Below are positions 36,245-48,600 of a stretch of DNA of 64,000 bases, piece after piece (position 1 is the stretch's first letter; each line of letters begins with the position of its first letter). The position numbers and the translations under genes are program-made. Below the pieces are notes generated by a model, which worked only from the letters and a program-made list of their open reading frames with translations, searched no databases and was not told the DNA's origin. Location: NCBI RefSeq assembly GCF_016432865.1, contig NC_067401.1, positions 112,344,001-112,408,000 of the forward strand, read 5' to 3'. The stretch is from Antechinus flavipes (taxonomy: Eukaryota).

Positions 36245-37270
36245 TCATTTATTTATTTGTATATTGATTAAAGCTTTTTATTTTCAAACCATATACATGG
36301 ATAATTTTTCAACATTAACCCTTGCAAAACGTTGTGTTCCAAATTTTTTTTCCTCCTTCCCTACACTCCTCCCCTATGGCAAATAATCCAATATATGTTA
36401 AACATGTTTAAAATATGTTAAGTCCAATATACATATACATATTTATACAATTAGCTTGCTGCACAAAAATCACATCAAAAGGGAAAAAAATGAGAAAGAA
36501 AACAAAAAGCAAGCAAATAAGTGTGAAGAATGAAAATATTATGTTGTTCATTCAGTTCCCACAGTGCTCTCTCTGGATGTAGATGGCTCTCTTCATCATA
36601 AAATCATTGGAACTGAATGGTTCCTTTGTTGAAAAGAGCCACCACGTCCATCAGAATTGATCATTGTATATATAACCTTGTTGCCATGTACAATGATCTC
36701 CTGGTTCTGCTCATTTCACTCTGCATCAGTTCATATAGATCTCTCCAGGCCTCTCTGAAATCATTCTGCTGATCGTTTCTTATAGAATAACATTCCTTAA
36801 CATTCATGTACCATAACTTATTCATTCTCCAATTGATAAATAGTCAAAGGATATGAACAATCTTCAGATGAAGAAATTGAAACTATTTGTAGCCACATGA
36901 AAAGGTTCTCTAAATCACTACTGATCAGAGGAATTCAAATTAAGACAACTCTGAGGTACCACTACACACCTCTCAGATTAGCTAAGATGACAGGAAAAGG
37001 TAATGACAAATGTTGAAGGGGATGTGGGAAAAACTGGGACACTGTGAACTGATCCAACCATTCTGGAGAGCAATTTGGAACTATGCTCAAAAAGTTATCA
37101 AACTGTGTATATCCTTTGGCCCAGCATTGCTTCTACTGAGCCTATATCCCAAAGAGATCTTAACAGAGGGAAAGGGACCCACATGTGCAAAAATGTTTGT
37201 GGCAGCCTTTTGTGTAGTGGCAAGAAACTGGAAACTGAGTGGATGCCCATCAGTTGGAGAATGGCTGAAA
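36245..37270. mobile_element. L1 with 5' inversion (twin-priming-like)
   Basis: 36245-~36837 is the L1 3' end on the minus strand; ~36825-37270 is L1 ORF2 on the plus strand (ORF 37010-37315 QPFWRAIWNYAQK). The two parts meet at the shared sequence cattctccaattgat. Confidence 0.8.
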
Positions 37271-37502
37271 CAATTTATAAATGGTTTAAGCAATATATAT
37301 CAGTCTTCCTATTAATATGGGCATTTTATATTTAGCTGAATCCACTGCAAACATAATAATGGATCTTTGATCAACAAAAATTTAAGCTGTAGCCCTTCCC
37401 AACATGTACTTGTACACACCCTGAGTCAAATAGCAGACTAGTGTGGGGTCCCCAAGGGTCTGTGAAAAGTGGGTGATGAGTTGGGTAAAACATAAATTCT
37501 CA

Positions 37503-37650
37503 GGGCAGCTAGGTGGCGCAGTGGATAGAGCACTATCCCTGAAGTCAGAAGGACCTGAGTTCAAATCTAACCTCTGACATTTAATACTTCTTAGCTGTGT
37601 GACCTTGGGCAAGTCACTTAACCCCAATTGCCTAAGCAAAAAAATAAAAC
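37503..37650 (+). mobile_element. WSINE1-like SINE
   Basis: Near-consensus gggcagctaggtggcgcagtggatagagc..gtcacttaaccccaattgcct plus an A-rich tail. Confidence 0.9.
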
Positions 37651-38447
37651 AAAGAAATTTTGTTTAGCAGAGAGGAGTGGAAGGAGGGTCTGGGTCTTAA
37701 ATTGGTCAAATTGCATTCTGAGAATGTGACTCAGGAAGTGCTAGGGAAGCTTTTAGATTTGTTCATCCTTATGTGCTGCTCATCTTTAATACTCCAAATC
37801 ACAGTTTCACAAGAGATTTCAATGCAAAACATCAATCAGAGGTGTCGTTTCTGAAACTTTTCCTGAGCTCTGAGTATGGCTAAAGGTTTTCAATTCCAAA
37901 AAGCCTCCCTTCTGGAATATGTAATTCCATTTAATAAGTATTTTTGTGGCTCACATCCAAACTTATACCTCTACTGATGAGATAAGTCCACAGAGCTTGA
38001 CCACATAGTTTTAGGGGTATCACTGAGGAATCAAGGGTGATTCTCTAAAGTCATGAGCTTAAACCCTATCAATATGTTCCCCTCCCCTTCCAGATTAACA
38101 GTTGAGAATCATTTAAGCCTTAAGTAGATTTTAGAAAGGGATATTTACTAAGGTAGTATCTTACATTAGGATAAAACATTTCCCAAAAGTCTGGCATCTC
38201 CCACAAAACATACAAAAATTCAAAGGAAATTGAATTCAAGCTTAGAGAGAACATTTGGCAAAGGGTCACTCACAGCTGATGATTCCTGAAGTTCCTCCCA
38301 TTCCTGGGAAGCCAAATTTGATTTCTTTAACTTCCCTTCCCCCAACTATTTTTTTTTCCCTCTAGGCAATGCAAGAGAGACAGGAGTAGGCTCCAGCTTT
38401 TGGAATTACCCTTTTCCATATGCTTCATTTATAAGTAGTATCTGGAG

Positions 38448-38612
38448 GAGGGCTTCTCAACCTAGAATCTGAGAATAAAAAAAAAAAAATTGCAATGATT
38501 TCAATATAATTAATTTACTTTATAATCCTCCAAATTTTATCAGATTTTAAAACTCTATTCTGATAAGGTATCTACAGGCTTTACTAGACTACCAAAAGAG
38601 TTTTATAAATGA
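38448..38612. mobile_element. hAT/Charlie-derived MITE fragment
   Basis: gggcttctcaacct..atttcaatataatt..ttctgataagg..ctttactagactaccaaaag resembles marsupial Charlie MITEs (from memory). Confidence 0.45.
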
Positions 38613-39096
38613 ATGTAATGGTAAATTTTTTTTTAAACAACTCAGCTCTCAAAAATACATTATTAACATTTTCTCCATCATATTCTTAGGTCTAGATACT
38701 CAGCAAAATAATAAATCAATCCCTAATTTGTAGTTCTTGCTAATTCCTGAGGTATAGATGCTGAATGTAAATGTTCACACTAAAAATTAAGCAATGGGTT
38801 CAGTGGATGATCTATTTAGACCTGGCTCCTAGCATACTCTGCCACCAATGCACAAAAAATGATTAAGTATCCCTGACCAACCCTACATAGATTCTCAAGC
38901 CTGGTCACTTTCATTCTAATTAAAGCATGTTATCATGCTTTAAAGGTCTATAAAATTAAATTACTTGAGATGAATTTAGGTCCTCCTAACTTCAGGATCA
39001 ATGTTCTATCCACCTATCACCTAGCTGCTCCAGGATAAATTATTTGTTGAAGATGGCATTTGTAAGGGGTAGGAAGGCAGGAGATAATATAATTTA

Positions 39097-39610
39097 TTTA
39101 TTATTTTCTTTTAATTATAACTTTTTATTGACAGAACCCATGCCTGGGTAATTTTTTACAACATTATCCCTTGTACTTCTGTTCCGACTTTTCCCCTCCC
39201 TCCCTCCACCCCCTCTCCGAGATGGCAAGCAGTCCTATACATGTTAAATATGTTATAGTATATCCTAGATACAATATATGTGTGCAGAACCGAACAGTTC
39301 TCTTGTTGCACAGGAAGAATTGGATTCAGAAGGTAAGAATAACCTGGGAAGAAAAACAAAAATGCAAATAGTTTACATTCATTTCCCAATGTTCTTTTTT
39401 TGGGTGTAGCTGCTTCTGTCCATCACTGATCAATTGAAATTAGATCTCTTTGTCGAAGAAATCCACTTCCATCAGAATACATCCTCATACAATATTGTTG
39501 TTGATGTATATAATGATCTCCTGGTTCTGTTCATTTCACTTAGCATCAATTCATGTATCCCCAAGCTTCTCTGTATTCATCCTGCTGGTCATTTCTTACA
39601 GAACAATAAT
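39097..39610 (-). mobile_element. Young 5'-truncated L1 with perfect 16-bp TSD
   Basis: gagataatataattta at 39081-39096 and 39611-39626. Near-identical 3' end to 597-1614. Confidence 0.93.
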
Positions 39611-40999
39611 GAGATAATATAATTTAGATAAAATCTGGGACCTACTTTCAGAATTTACAATCTACCTGAGAAAACAGACCACAATCCAAAATAATGCCTG
39701 AAAATTGTGAGGTTAAAGGGAGAAAAGATTAATATAAACTTAGGAAAAAGAATAGGCTCTTTGTAAAGGACACGGTATATACTCTGGACTAATTATTTTT
39801 CTTAGTATTTCATTTTTCCAATTATATGTAAAAAGTTTTCAACTTTCAATGTGGTAAGATTTTGATACTCTGGACTTTAAAAAATGGCTTAAAAGTTTGC
39901 CCCTCCTCACTTTAAATCATTTGATTTTTTTAAAAGGATGTATCTCTTTGAGGTATTCTGATTTTATGGATCAAGTGTTCCTCTTAGAGGTACCTGGTTC
40001 AAATTCAACTGGATATTCCATAAGTACCTGAAAAACGACTGTGTCCAAAACAACTCATTACATTCCCTTTCTTTCTTCCAAATTTTCCTATTTTCTTTTT
40101 CCTTCGAGGCAACAGGGTAAACCTGCCCAGTATCACATTTTTAGTGTCTGAAGCTGGATTTGAACTCAGGAAGACAAGGACTTTTTGACTCCAGGCCCAA
40201 GCTCTATCCATTGCCCACATATTCTAGAATCCAACAATAGTAGCTTTCTTTCTGCTCCTTGAACTGGACATTCCATCTCCCGACTATTTTTTACTTCTTG
40301 TCCCCCATGTTTGAAACTCTCCCTCTTCAATTCTGCCTTTTGGTTTCTTTCAAATCTCAGCTCAAGCTTTACTTTCTGGGGGTCTGTCCAGGTCTTTCCA
40401 CTTCTGTGCTAATGCCTTCTCTTTAAGAATTGAATAGCTAACGGTTTTTATCTTTCATGCAAATGCTAATTAGATATTACATTGTCAAATCTTGTCAGGC
40501 TCTAGTCTAGACACTTATACCAGTCCCGTGACTTTCATCCCTTTGTGTCGCAGGCTACTCCTTAAGTCCTTTAAATCAAATCACTTGGGCAATGGGAAAG
40601 AGGGAATTCACACAGTGCTCACTACTGACCAATTCACAAATTTTTCTCGGGTCACTTTTGCAAGCTAATAAATCTTTCCCAGAAGGGGATTTCCTAACTT
40701 AGCTTTGCTTTTTCACTGTGTCCCAAGACCTCTCGTGGTCACGTCGTTTGGCTAAAGACTTCCCTTTATTCTGCCAAGACCCAGACCGTCCCCAGGCCTA
40801 GGCCATAAAAAATGCGCTCTCCCCAAAAATAGCCCACAGGGAGCTAGGAGGATTGGGCTCTTTGATGAACAGCGATCAAGTAATCAGTCGACTCACAAGC
40901 ATTTATTAGGCGCTTACTAAGGGCCTGGCGTTTTGCAGGCAGTGCCAGCCAGCAAAAAGAGGTCTTGAATTGGAGTAGTGGGAGTGCACCAGATTTCAG

Positions 41000-41750
41000 C
41001 AGTCCCTCCAAAGAGCCCAAATTCCTCGGTACTTCTGCCTTGTTAGCGTCGGGAGACCTCAGCGTTGGAAAAGCAGCCTGCCTAGGAATCAATCAGGTAA
41101 GCTCCCCGGGGTGTTTGGCCCCAGGTCGCTTGGTGGCCCCGCCCCCATTCCCCCTTCGCCTATTTCTGATTGCTCTAGGGTAATGTAATTCCTGATCTCG
41201 CCCCGCCCCCGCCTCACTGTCATTGGCCAGAGAAAAGCGAGTGCGGGGAAGTGGGGAGGGGGCGGGAATTCCCGGCTGGAGGCCGGAACGGAGCGGATAC
41301 AATGTAGCGAGGCCCCAGAGAGGTGAGTGCGGTCTGTTCCAGGCCGAGACCCGGATCCCTGGAACCCGATGTCCCGGCTTCCTACAGTCTCCCGGGGGCA
41401 AGAGAACTCGAGGTCCAACATCGGATCCCTTCCTCTGTCTCTGCGCGACTCTCTGCTTCCTCTCTCCGCCCGACTCTCCACCCCCGCCCCAACCCTGGGT
41501 CCCGGGACTACTAGCGTTAGCTGCCCCAGGCAGCTTCTCCGGGCTAGCAGGCCCCTCCCGCACCCCTGACCCACCCCACCGCCGTCTCCCTGGCAGAGCT
41601 CTTGCCCCCTTTTTTTTCCAGCTTCTGTAGCTCTCCAAACTCCCCTTTCTCACCCAGGCTTCCAAGGATGGGGAGAGGGGATTCCTCGTCTCAGGATTTG
41701 GGGTGGGAGGAAAACCTAGCGCCCCCTGGATGGCTTCCCCCCTACTTCGG
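41000..41750 (+). promoter_or_regulatory. SLC39A1 CpG-island promoter with two candidate first exons
   Basis: GC boxes, CCAAT (cattgg ~41221) and ETS ccggaa (~41283). Donors cag|gtaagc (41096/7) and ag|gtgagt (41322/3); acceptor ttttaccag| at 42202. CTCF-like motif on - at 41719-41734. Confidence 0.7.
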
Positions 41751-42268
41751 GTTGCCTGTACCGTGAGACTTCTCCCTTCTTCTTGTGTCTCCTCGTTTTT
41801 ATCCCTGTTATCCTCCAGGTTTTGGACCCCTCTGTAGAGTGGACTTTGGGATTCGGGCTTCATTTGGGTCATGACCTCCTTGCATTGTCCCTCTCATTAT
41901 TTGGAAGCCCCAGGGGAAAGAGGCTATACATCTCTAGTATGATGTTATGTGTTTTGATCCCTTCCCCCATGCCTCAGTTTCCTCCCTTTGCTGGGCCCCT
42001 GTAGAGGTCACGGGAGGAATAAAGTCCTAGGGGAGAGAGGAATGTTCCTGGAAAGGGATGAGTCAGCTTGGTATAGAGGTCAGGAAGTAACTTGGGATGG
42101 GGTGGAGGGGCAGCACTCAGCTGACTCTTCCAGCGGCCCCCTTCGCCTCTCCCAACCCATTCGCCTCTCCTAATTTCTGTCTTTCCATGTATCTTTTACC
42201 AGGTCAAGAAATTTCACAAGTGTGGACAGGGAATTTAGGCACCCCCTGCCCTCCAAGCTACCACCGCC

Positions 42269-44098
42269 ATGGTGCCCTGGGAAGAGCCAGAACGGCTGGT
42301 ATGGCGCCCAGAAGCAGTGCCTGCAGTGCCTGTGGGGCTGGAAATAAAGATGGGTGCCCTGGTAGTGCTGCTGGTGCTCACCTTGTTTTGCAGCCTGGTG
42401 CCCATCTGTGTGCTTCGACGTCCCAGTGCCAACTTTGAGGCCTCAGGTTGGATAATTTTCCCCTCCCTCTTCCACCATCTGTGGCAACCTCTGGGGCTAG
42501 TTCTGAGTGAGGGTGGATAAACTTTGGGAGCTATAAAGAAGTTTTTGGGGGAGAAGATTGAGGTCTTGGAGGGGAAAGGACTGTTTTTGGGGCTGACCAT
42601 GGGGATTCAAGAACTATCAGAACTAGATTTTTGAGACTCTGGGCCAGGACCAGAGATTTCAGCTACTGGGAAAAAGCTTAAAAATGGATTGTTTCTCTTT
42701 GGCCACTCTTGCCTTTCACATAGCCTCTAGAAAGAAAATCCTGAGCCTGGTGAGCTGCTTTGCAGGTGGTGTTTTTCTGGCCACCTGTCTTTTGGACTTG
42801 CTTCCAGACTACCTGGCTGCAATAGATGAGGCCTTGAGTGCCCTACGAATCACAGTGAGTACTCAGTCCCAGGGGAGATATAGTCTCATAGAAACATAAT
42901 AAGAATCATAGTAGATATTTTTTAGTAGATTTTTACCATATATGAATTGCCCAAGTTTTTATGATCTTGTGACAATGTGTATAACCCTGCCTAGGATTTA
43001 TATACAAGGCTTTTGTGTATTTGTGTTTAAAATCTTAGTTGTATATGGCTCCATTAGTATAAGCTATGGCTTTCTGTGTGTGTGACTCTACTCTGAGCTC
43101 CAAGCTTGTAAATAGTGCTTGACAGTCACACCTTTGGTAGTTTAGATATTTTTTTTCCTTTTCTACAATGGTTGAGAGGATTGGTAAGGGGAGAGGGCTG
43201 GGAAAGGTTAGGAGAAGACCAGAAAGAAACTTCTAACTAGGAAGTTGAGAGTGAAGGAATTAAATCCAAAACAGACAAAACTTAGATTTGTGTCAAAGTT
43301 GGGCAGGGAAGTGGGTAAATGGAGGTCGAAAGATCCTGATATCCTAGCCTCTTATCTCCTCAGCATCCATTCTATTTTCTTTCCTACTTATCTCTTCTTA
43401 GAACTGTGCAACTTCTTACTGTTCTCCCCCTCCCCCTTTTCTTTCTTCCACAGCTTCAGTTCCCACTACAGGAGTTCATTCTCGCCATGGGTTTTTTCCT
43501 GGTTCTGGTGATGGAGCAGATTGTGCTAGCCTACAAAGAGCAGTCGGGACCCCTTCCAAGAGAGGAGACTCGAGCACTCCTGGGCACTGTGGGCAATGCC
43601 CCTCCCCACTGGCATGATGGACCCGGGGCCGAAGGAACTTCTACTCCTTCAGCTTTACGGGCCTGTGTCCTGGTCTTTTCACTTTCCTTACACTCAGTAT
43701 TTGAAGGCCTTGCGGTAGGCCTGCAGCGAGAGCGAGCCCGGGCAATGGAGCTGTGTCTGGCACTGCTCTTGCACAAGGGGGTCCTAGCTGTCAGTCTGTC
43801 CCTACGGCTACTGCAGAGCCGGCTTCGGGGTGGAGTGGTGGCTATTTGTGGGGTCCTTTTCTCCTGCATGACACCAATGGGTATTGGGCTGGGGGCTGCA
43901 CTAGCAGAGTCAGCAGGACCTCTGCACCAGCTGGCCCAATCAGTGCTAGAAGGCATGGCAGCAGGTACCTTCCTCTATATCACTTTCTTGGAGATCTTGC
44001 CTCAAGAACTGGCTGCTTCTGAGCAGAGGATCCTCAAGGTCATCCTACTTCTAGCTGGTTTTGCCCTGCTCACTGGTCTGCTTTTTATTCGTGTTTGA
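42269..44098 (+). CDS. SLC39A1: Zinc transporter ZIP1, 317 aa
   Basis: Exons 42269-42446, 42724-42854, 43454-44098 (954 nt), GT-AG. CFAGGVFLATCLLDLLP, SLHSVFEGLAVG, LLLHKG, EGMAAGTFLYITFLEILP are ZIP1 signatures; strong Kozak ccgccATGg. Confidence 0.97.
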
Positions 44099-44970
44099 AT
44101 GACCTCTGAGGGATGGGGGGTGGGTCAGATGCTCCTGGAGCTTCTTTAGAAAAGAGTAAATGGGAGCTTTGGGAGTGCATATGATGGGGATTGGGGAGGT
44201 GCAGTGGATTGGTGGGTGTTGTAGACAGGACCCTAGAGAACGACCAGTAAAATATGAGACAAAGAACAAAGATAAAGATAAAACTCCCCCGGAATGTGGT
44301 GGGAAGTGTAGAGGGGAGGAAAAAAAAAAAACTAGAAAAACACTAGACAAGCCAAACAAGGACATGTGAACAGATGATAAACTTACAAGGATTGAAACAC
44401 TAAGGATAGAGCCATCAGAGAGTGAGGAGTTGGAAAGAAGTCTAGAGCCCCTTGGGTACTGATTCTCTCCCATTCCTGTACTCTCCTGGAGAAGATGCCT
44501 TTTTCTTCTCCTGGGCCCATCCCCTTTTCAGTATTGCTTTTTTTTTTCCCCTTAAAGGGCACGATGCCTAACTACATCTATAGGCCAAGTTCCTTGCCCT
44601 CAGCTGAACTTCCATTCCTTCTATAAAGTGCCAAAACCTCCCACCCCTCCTTTCACAAAGCACATTGGTATCGGGCCTTGGCAGGCAACTAAATAGGCAC
44701 TGTGCTGCCTGCTGCTGATTTCCAGTGACCTTTCACCCTGCCTGGGGCTGGGGGTATCTAACCTGGTGATCTTGCCCAGGTGCCAAAGGCTGAACTGCCT
44801 AAACTCTTTTTTATACCAGAGAAGCCCTGGAAGCCTGCCTCCCAGGGGTATTTTTGGAGGAGGGTGGATGGGAGGGAAGGGGAGGAGGGCGGGATGGGGA
44901 CCGGGAGGGAGAGGGATATGTTCTGTATAATCTATTTTACTAAACTGACGCTTCCGGGATCAGCTTCCCG

Positions 44971-44976
44971 AATAAA
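44971..44976 (+). terminator. Probable SLC39A1 polyadenylation signal
   Basis: AATAAA followed by a GU-rich tract (ccctgtctttgtgtcc). Confidence 0.7.
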
Positions 44977-45339
44977 AAGATGTTCCTATATCCCTGTCTT
45001 TGTGTCCTTCATTGTGGGGACTAGCAGGGAGGGAGGACCCCAACGCCAGTGGGCGCTGGAGGGGGAAGTGTAGAATCTACGCTCCAGAGTTTCCAGCTGT
45101 TACTCAACCCGGGTCTGACGCCTGGGTTGCTTTTGACACACCCACACCCACCATCATCCCATCCCCGCCCCACCTCCCTCGGAGGACAAGCTTTTTTCCT
45201 CGCTCTTCCCTTATTCTTTGCTCCCCTTGCCCGCCCACATTCTCCCTTTCCCCTCCTCTTCCCTTCTTCCCTCCTCTTGCCTTCCCCTCCCTTCCCCTTC
45301 CTTTCCCTTTTCCTCCTCCTTCTCGCCTCTTCCCACTCG

Positions 45340-45688
45340 TTTGTAGGCTCAGAACCAATTCAGAACTACTTCTCCCAGCATGCCCAGAGAAGAGGGGTGG
45401 CGGGGAGAGAAATGAATCTGGATCCCGGCGTCGCAGGTGCTTCTGGGAGATGAAGTCAGCCTTTTCTCGGCACCTCTAGTCGGCGACCGGGGAGACATCA
45501 AGTAAACAAACTACTACTCCCTGCGGCCCCCTCGCGGTTGGTTGGGGCGAGGCGGGGGTCGGGCTTGCTGTGCTTGCCGAAGAGACGACGGCGGTGGCGG
45601 CGGCGGCGGCAGCAGCGGGAGGAGCCGGGCCCGGGGCCGGCGGCTGTGGTGGCTGAGATTGGGGGAGGGCCGGGGGGGAGGGGGGAAG
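45340..45688 (+). promoter_or_regulatory. CRTC2 CpG-island promoter and 5'UTR
   Basis: ZNF143-like aactacttctcccagcatgc (45364-45383) and aactactactccctgcggc (~45509). (GGC)n tract 45587-45617; YY1-like aagATGGCGG over the start codon. Confidence 0.75.
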
Positions 45689-48600
45689 ATGGCGGCGTCT
45701 GGGGCGAACGGACCCGGGCCGGGTTCGGGCTCGGGTTCGAGTTCGAGCTCGGCCTCGGCGGCCAATCCGCGCAAGTTCAGCGAGAAGATCGCGCTGCAGA
45801 AGCAGCGTCAGGCCGAAGAGACGGCGGCCTTCGAGGAGGTGATGATGGACATCGGCTCCACCCGGGTAAGGGACGACCGTGGGGAGGCCAGAGCCGTAGC
45901 CGAGTCGCGGCCCTGGGGCGAGGGGAAGGGGAGGAAATGGGGGATCGGGATGTTTAGGGATGCCGAATGAGAGCACGGCTCTGGGACGTCTAACTGGACA
46001 TCTCCGGGATGAGGGAGGGAGGCAGTCTACAGATGACTCTGTGGGCATGGGTGGGCACAGTGAGAAAGTACCCTCCGAATGGGGATCCTTACGAATGGGG
46101 GGTCCTGGAAGACCGCTGTCCCGTCTACTTGTCGTGTCGTGCCCCTCGGAGGCATCCCCAGCTCTGGGTACTGAGGCGGCCACGGGAAGGAGGGAGACAC
46201 ACCAAATCCTACTAGTGTACTGCAGGTCAAAGGGCATGCACGGATAAAGTCTTTTTGCGGCTAAACTGGTCTCAGCCCATCGGACTGAGCATCACCTTCG
46301 CGACTGGCCCTTCAGCCCATTTATTTGGACAAGGTTGGCCCAAGTGCCGCTAAAGTTTCCCAGGGAGAAGTCCCGAGGTGGGCGGTTTGACCAAAGCAGT
46401 GTTGGCTTTGGAAGGACAGGAAGTCCCCTCCTCTGTCCCTTTGCTTCCTTTTTCAAATACTTCCTGTGGTTTCCCCGACATGAAGGTGAGGTCCATGGCT
46501 CATTAGAGTTGAGTGTTCCATCCTGCTCTGGCCTCAGGACCTTGAGGACAACTCTTGAACTCTAGGTGAGGGGGAAAGTTTGCCATTAATGGCTGTTGGC
46601 TGGGGACACTTTAGGATTGCTTGGATTTGGCCACTTTTTGAGACGAGAGATGCCGTGGGGCCCTAGTGACATATAGGAAATCCCCCAGCCCCAAATGGTC
46701 AGAGAAATTCTGGCCCCTCCGGGGAGGCAGCTTCCTGTTGGAATCTCTCAGGGTTCCTTGTTCCTTAGGGATAGGTCTCAAGTGCAGGTTGTTTCAAGCT
46801 GGTCGTGTTACCCAAACTTTGGGGCACATTCTGAAATATTCTGTAACGTGAGATGAGAACATCGAATGATCTAACCAAGCAGTGGACAATGAGCCAGAGA
46901 CCCAAGGGAAAGGCAGAAAACACAAGCTCTGTCTTTGTTAGCTGCTCTTCTCTATGTGTTTCTGCCTGTGGTTTTCTGTCTCTGGGCCTCTGGGGACCCT
47001 GTGCCCCTGGCTGTGGAGAACTGAGACAGACAGAGGAAAGAACAGGCAAACCAGGTGAAAGTGTATGTCAGCCAAGTCCCTGTAAGGGTTGTAACACTTC
47101 GCTCCAGGCCCTTTCCAGGGTCCCTAGTGGATGACAGCATCAGGGGCTGTCCCCTGAACTCTGACTGCTTTGAGATGTAATCGAGTAAGGAGGGTAGGGA
47201 AGGCCCCAGTAAGCTCTGAGCTAAGGGGGTGTTGCATCAGCATGGTAACTTGGTTTGCCATGTGGTCACTCTGAAAATCTTCATTCACATCTCTACCAGG
47301 AAGAACTAAGAATCCTTACCAGGACATAGAGGGAAATGATAGGCCTTCAAGAGCCCAGGAATACAAAGCTTTAGGATGAAGGGCTTAGAACTCTTCTTGT
47401 TCTCTCATCAACTGAGGAAAATGTGGTTGTGGAGACAGTCCCAGCTGAGGGGCTGGAGTACTTCTGTTTGGGTAGCAAACATCAGCAAGGAGGCAGTACC
47501 CAGAGAGAGCTCCATGGAGTCTCCACCGGTGCTCACGGAGGGAAGAAAAGGAATGCTGGTGCGGCCCTTCTGTTTCAGCGCCTGTGTATTGGAAGGAAGT
47601 TTCTGAGTTGCCTTCCTAGGGCATTCCTGCGATTCAGCTAACTTTAGCAAAGGCGGATGACAGCAGTTGGCACCCCCCAGATTCTTGATAAAGGACACGA
47701 AGCACCAGGATTGGCTCCTTGCCTTTGTATTGGTATTGGTATAAATAAGTAGACAGAGTCATGGGGGATGCCTTTGGAATCCTGCAGCACATCCTCACAA
47801 GGTGGATAAGTTGGGCTCATTGTTCTGACCAGCCTGGCTGCTGCTGGCAAGACTTCCTTTCCCATCCCCACTTCCCAAGGCCAGGCCTCTCCTTGGCATT
47901 GTTCCAGAACCAGGGGCCTTAGGGCAGGGTTAGAGAGAGTCCCTTTGGTTTGGCACTATTTTCCCAGCCAAGAGTGGGTGTATGACAAGTACTGAGTTGA
48001 ATGGCCCCAGACTTTTGGGAGGAAGCTGAGTCTAGTATGCTCACTGCTGGACAGGTGGCAGTGGCCCTCTAGCTTTGGCCCCCATCCGTGAGCAGGAGGA
48101 ATGAGGTTGGCAGCACCAGCTTTGGGCCATCTACTCGTGCCTGTTTCCTTTTCTGCCAATTAGTCTTGGGCTCATCTGGTTGGAAGGGCAGAAGTGGCTA
48201 ATGGGTCCCTTGTGGGCAGGGGAAGAGCCCATGTGACTAGCTTAGGGGCGCCTGGCATTCCTTTTGGGATTCATCTTGGGGCAACGCCAAATGGGGCAGG
48301 CCCTGCAACAGAGCACAGTGCCTGGCACATAGTATGTACTAGTACATGTTTACTCCTTGCTTCCTTCCCTCCTTTTTTCCCTCCCTTCCTCCCATCCTCC
48401 TTTCTTATGATGATTCCATTGGCTAGAGCGCTATGAAGAGAAGCTCCAGCTGTAGAGCTAAGCAGTATAGTAGGGAAGGGAGGCAAGGATCATAGCTCTG
48501 TTGCAGGCTCTCCGAATTGTCCCTCTACCTCTAACCTTCCATCTGATAACTGAAGACATATCAGTAAGATTTAGGCCAGGAGAGGGGCACTAGTATGTTG

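Noticed and set aside
40440-40800. Octamer ATGCAAAT (40448-40455) suggesting an snRNA or Pol III gene
   Set aside because: No recognisable PSE, snRNA, 7SK, Y or vault RNA body, and no Pol III terminator arrangement downstream.
40813-40988. Two MRE cores (TGCGCTC; TGCACTC on -) upstream of the zinc transporter gene
   Set aside because: The degenerate 7-mer is expected about once per kb on two strands, so this is not distinguishable from chance without conservation data.
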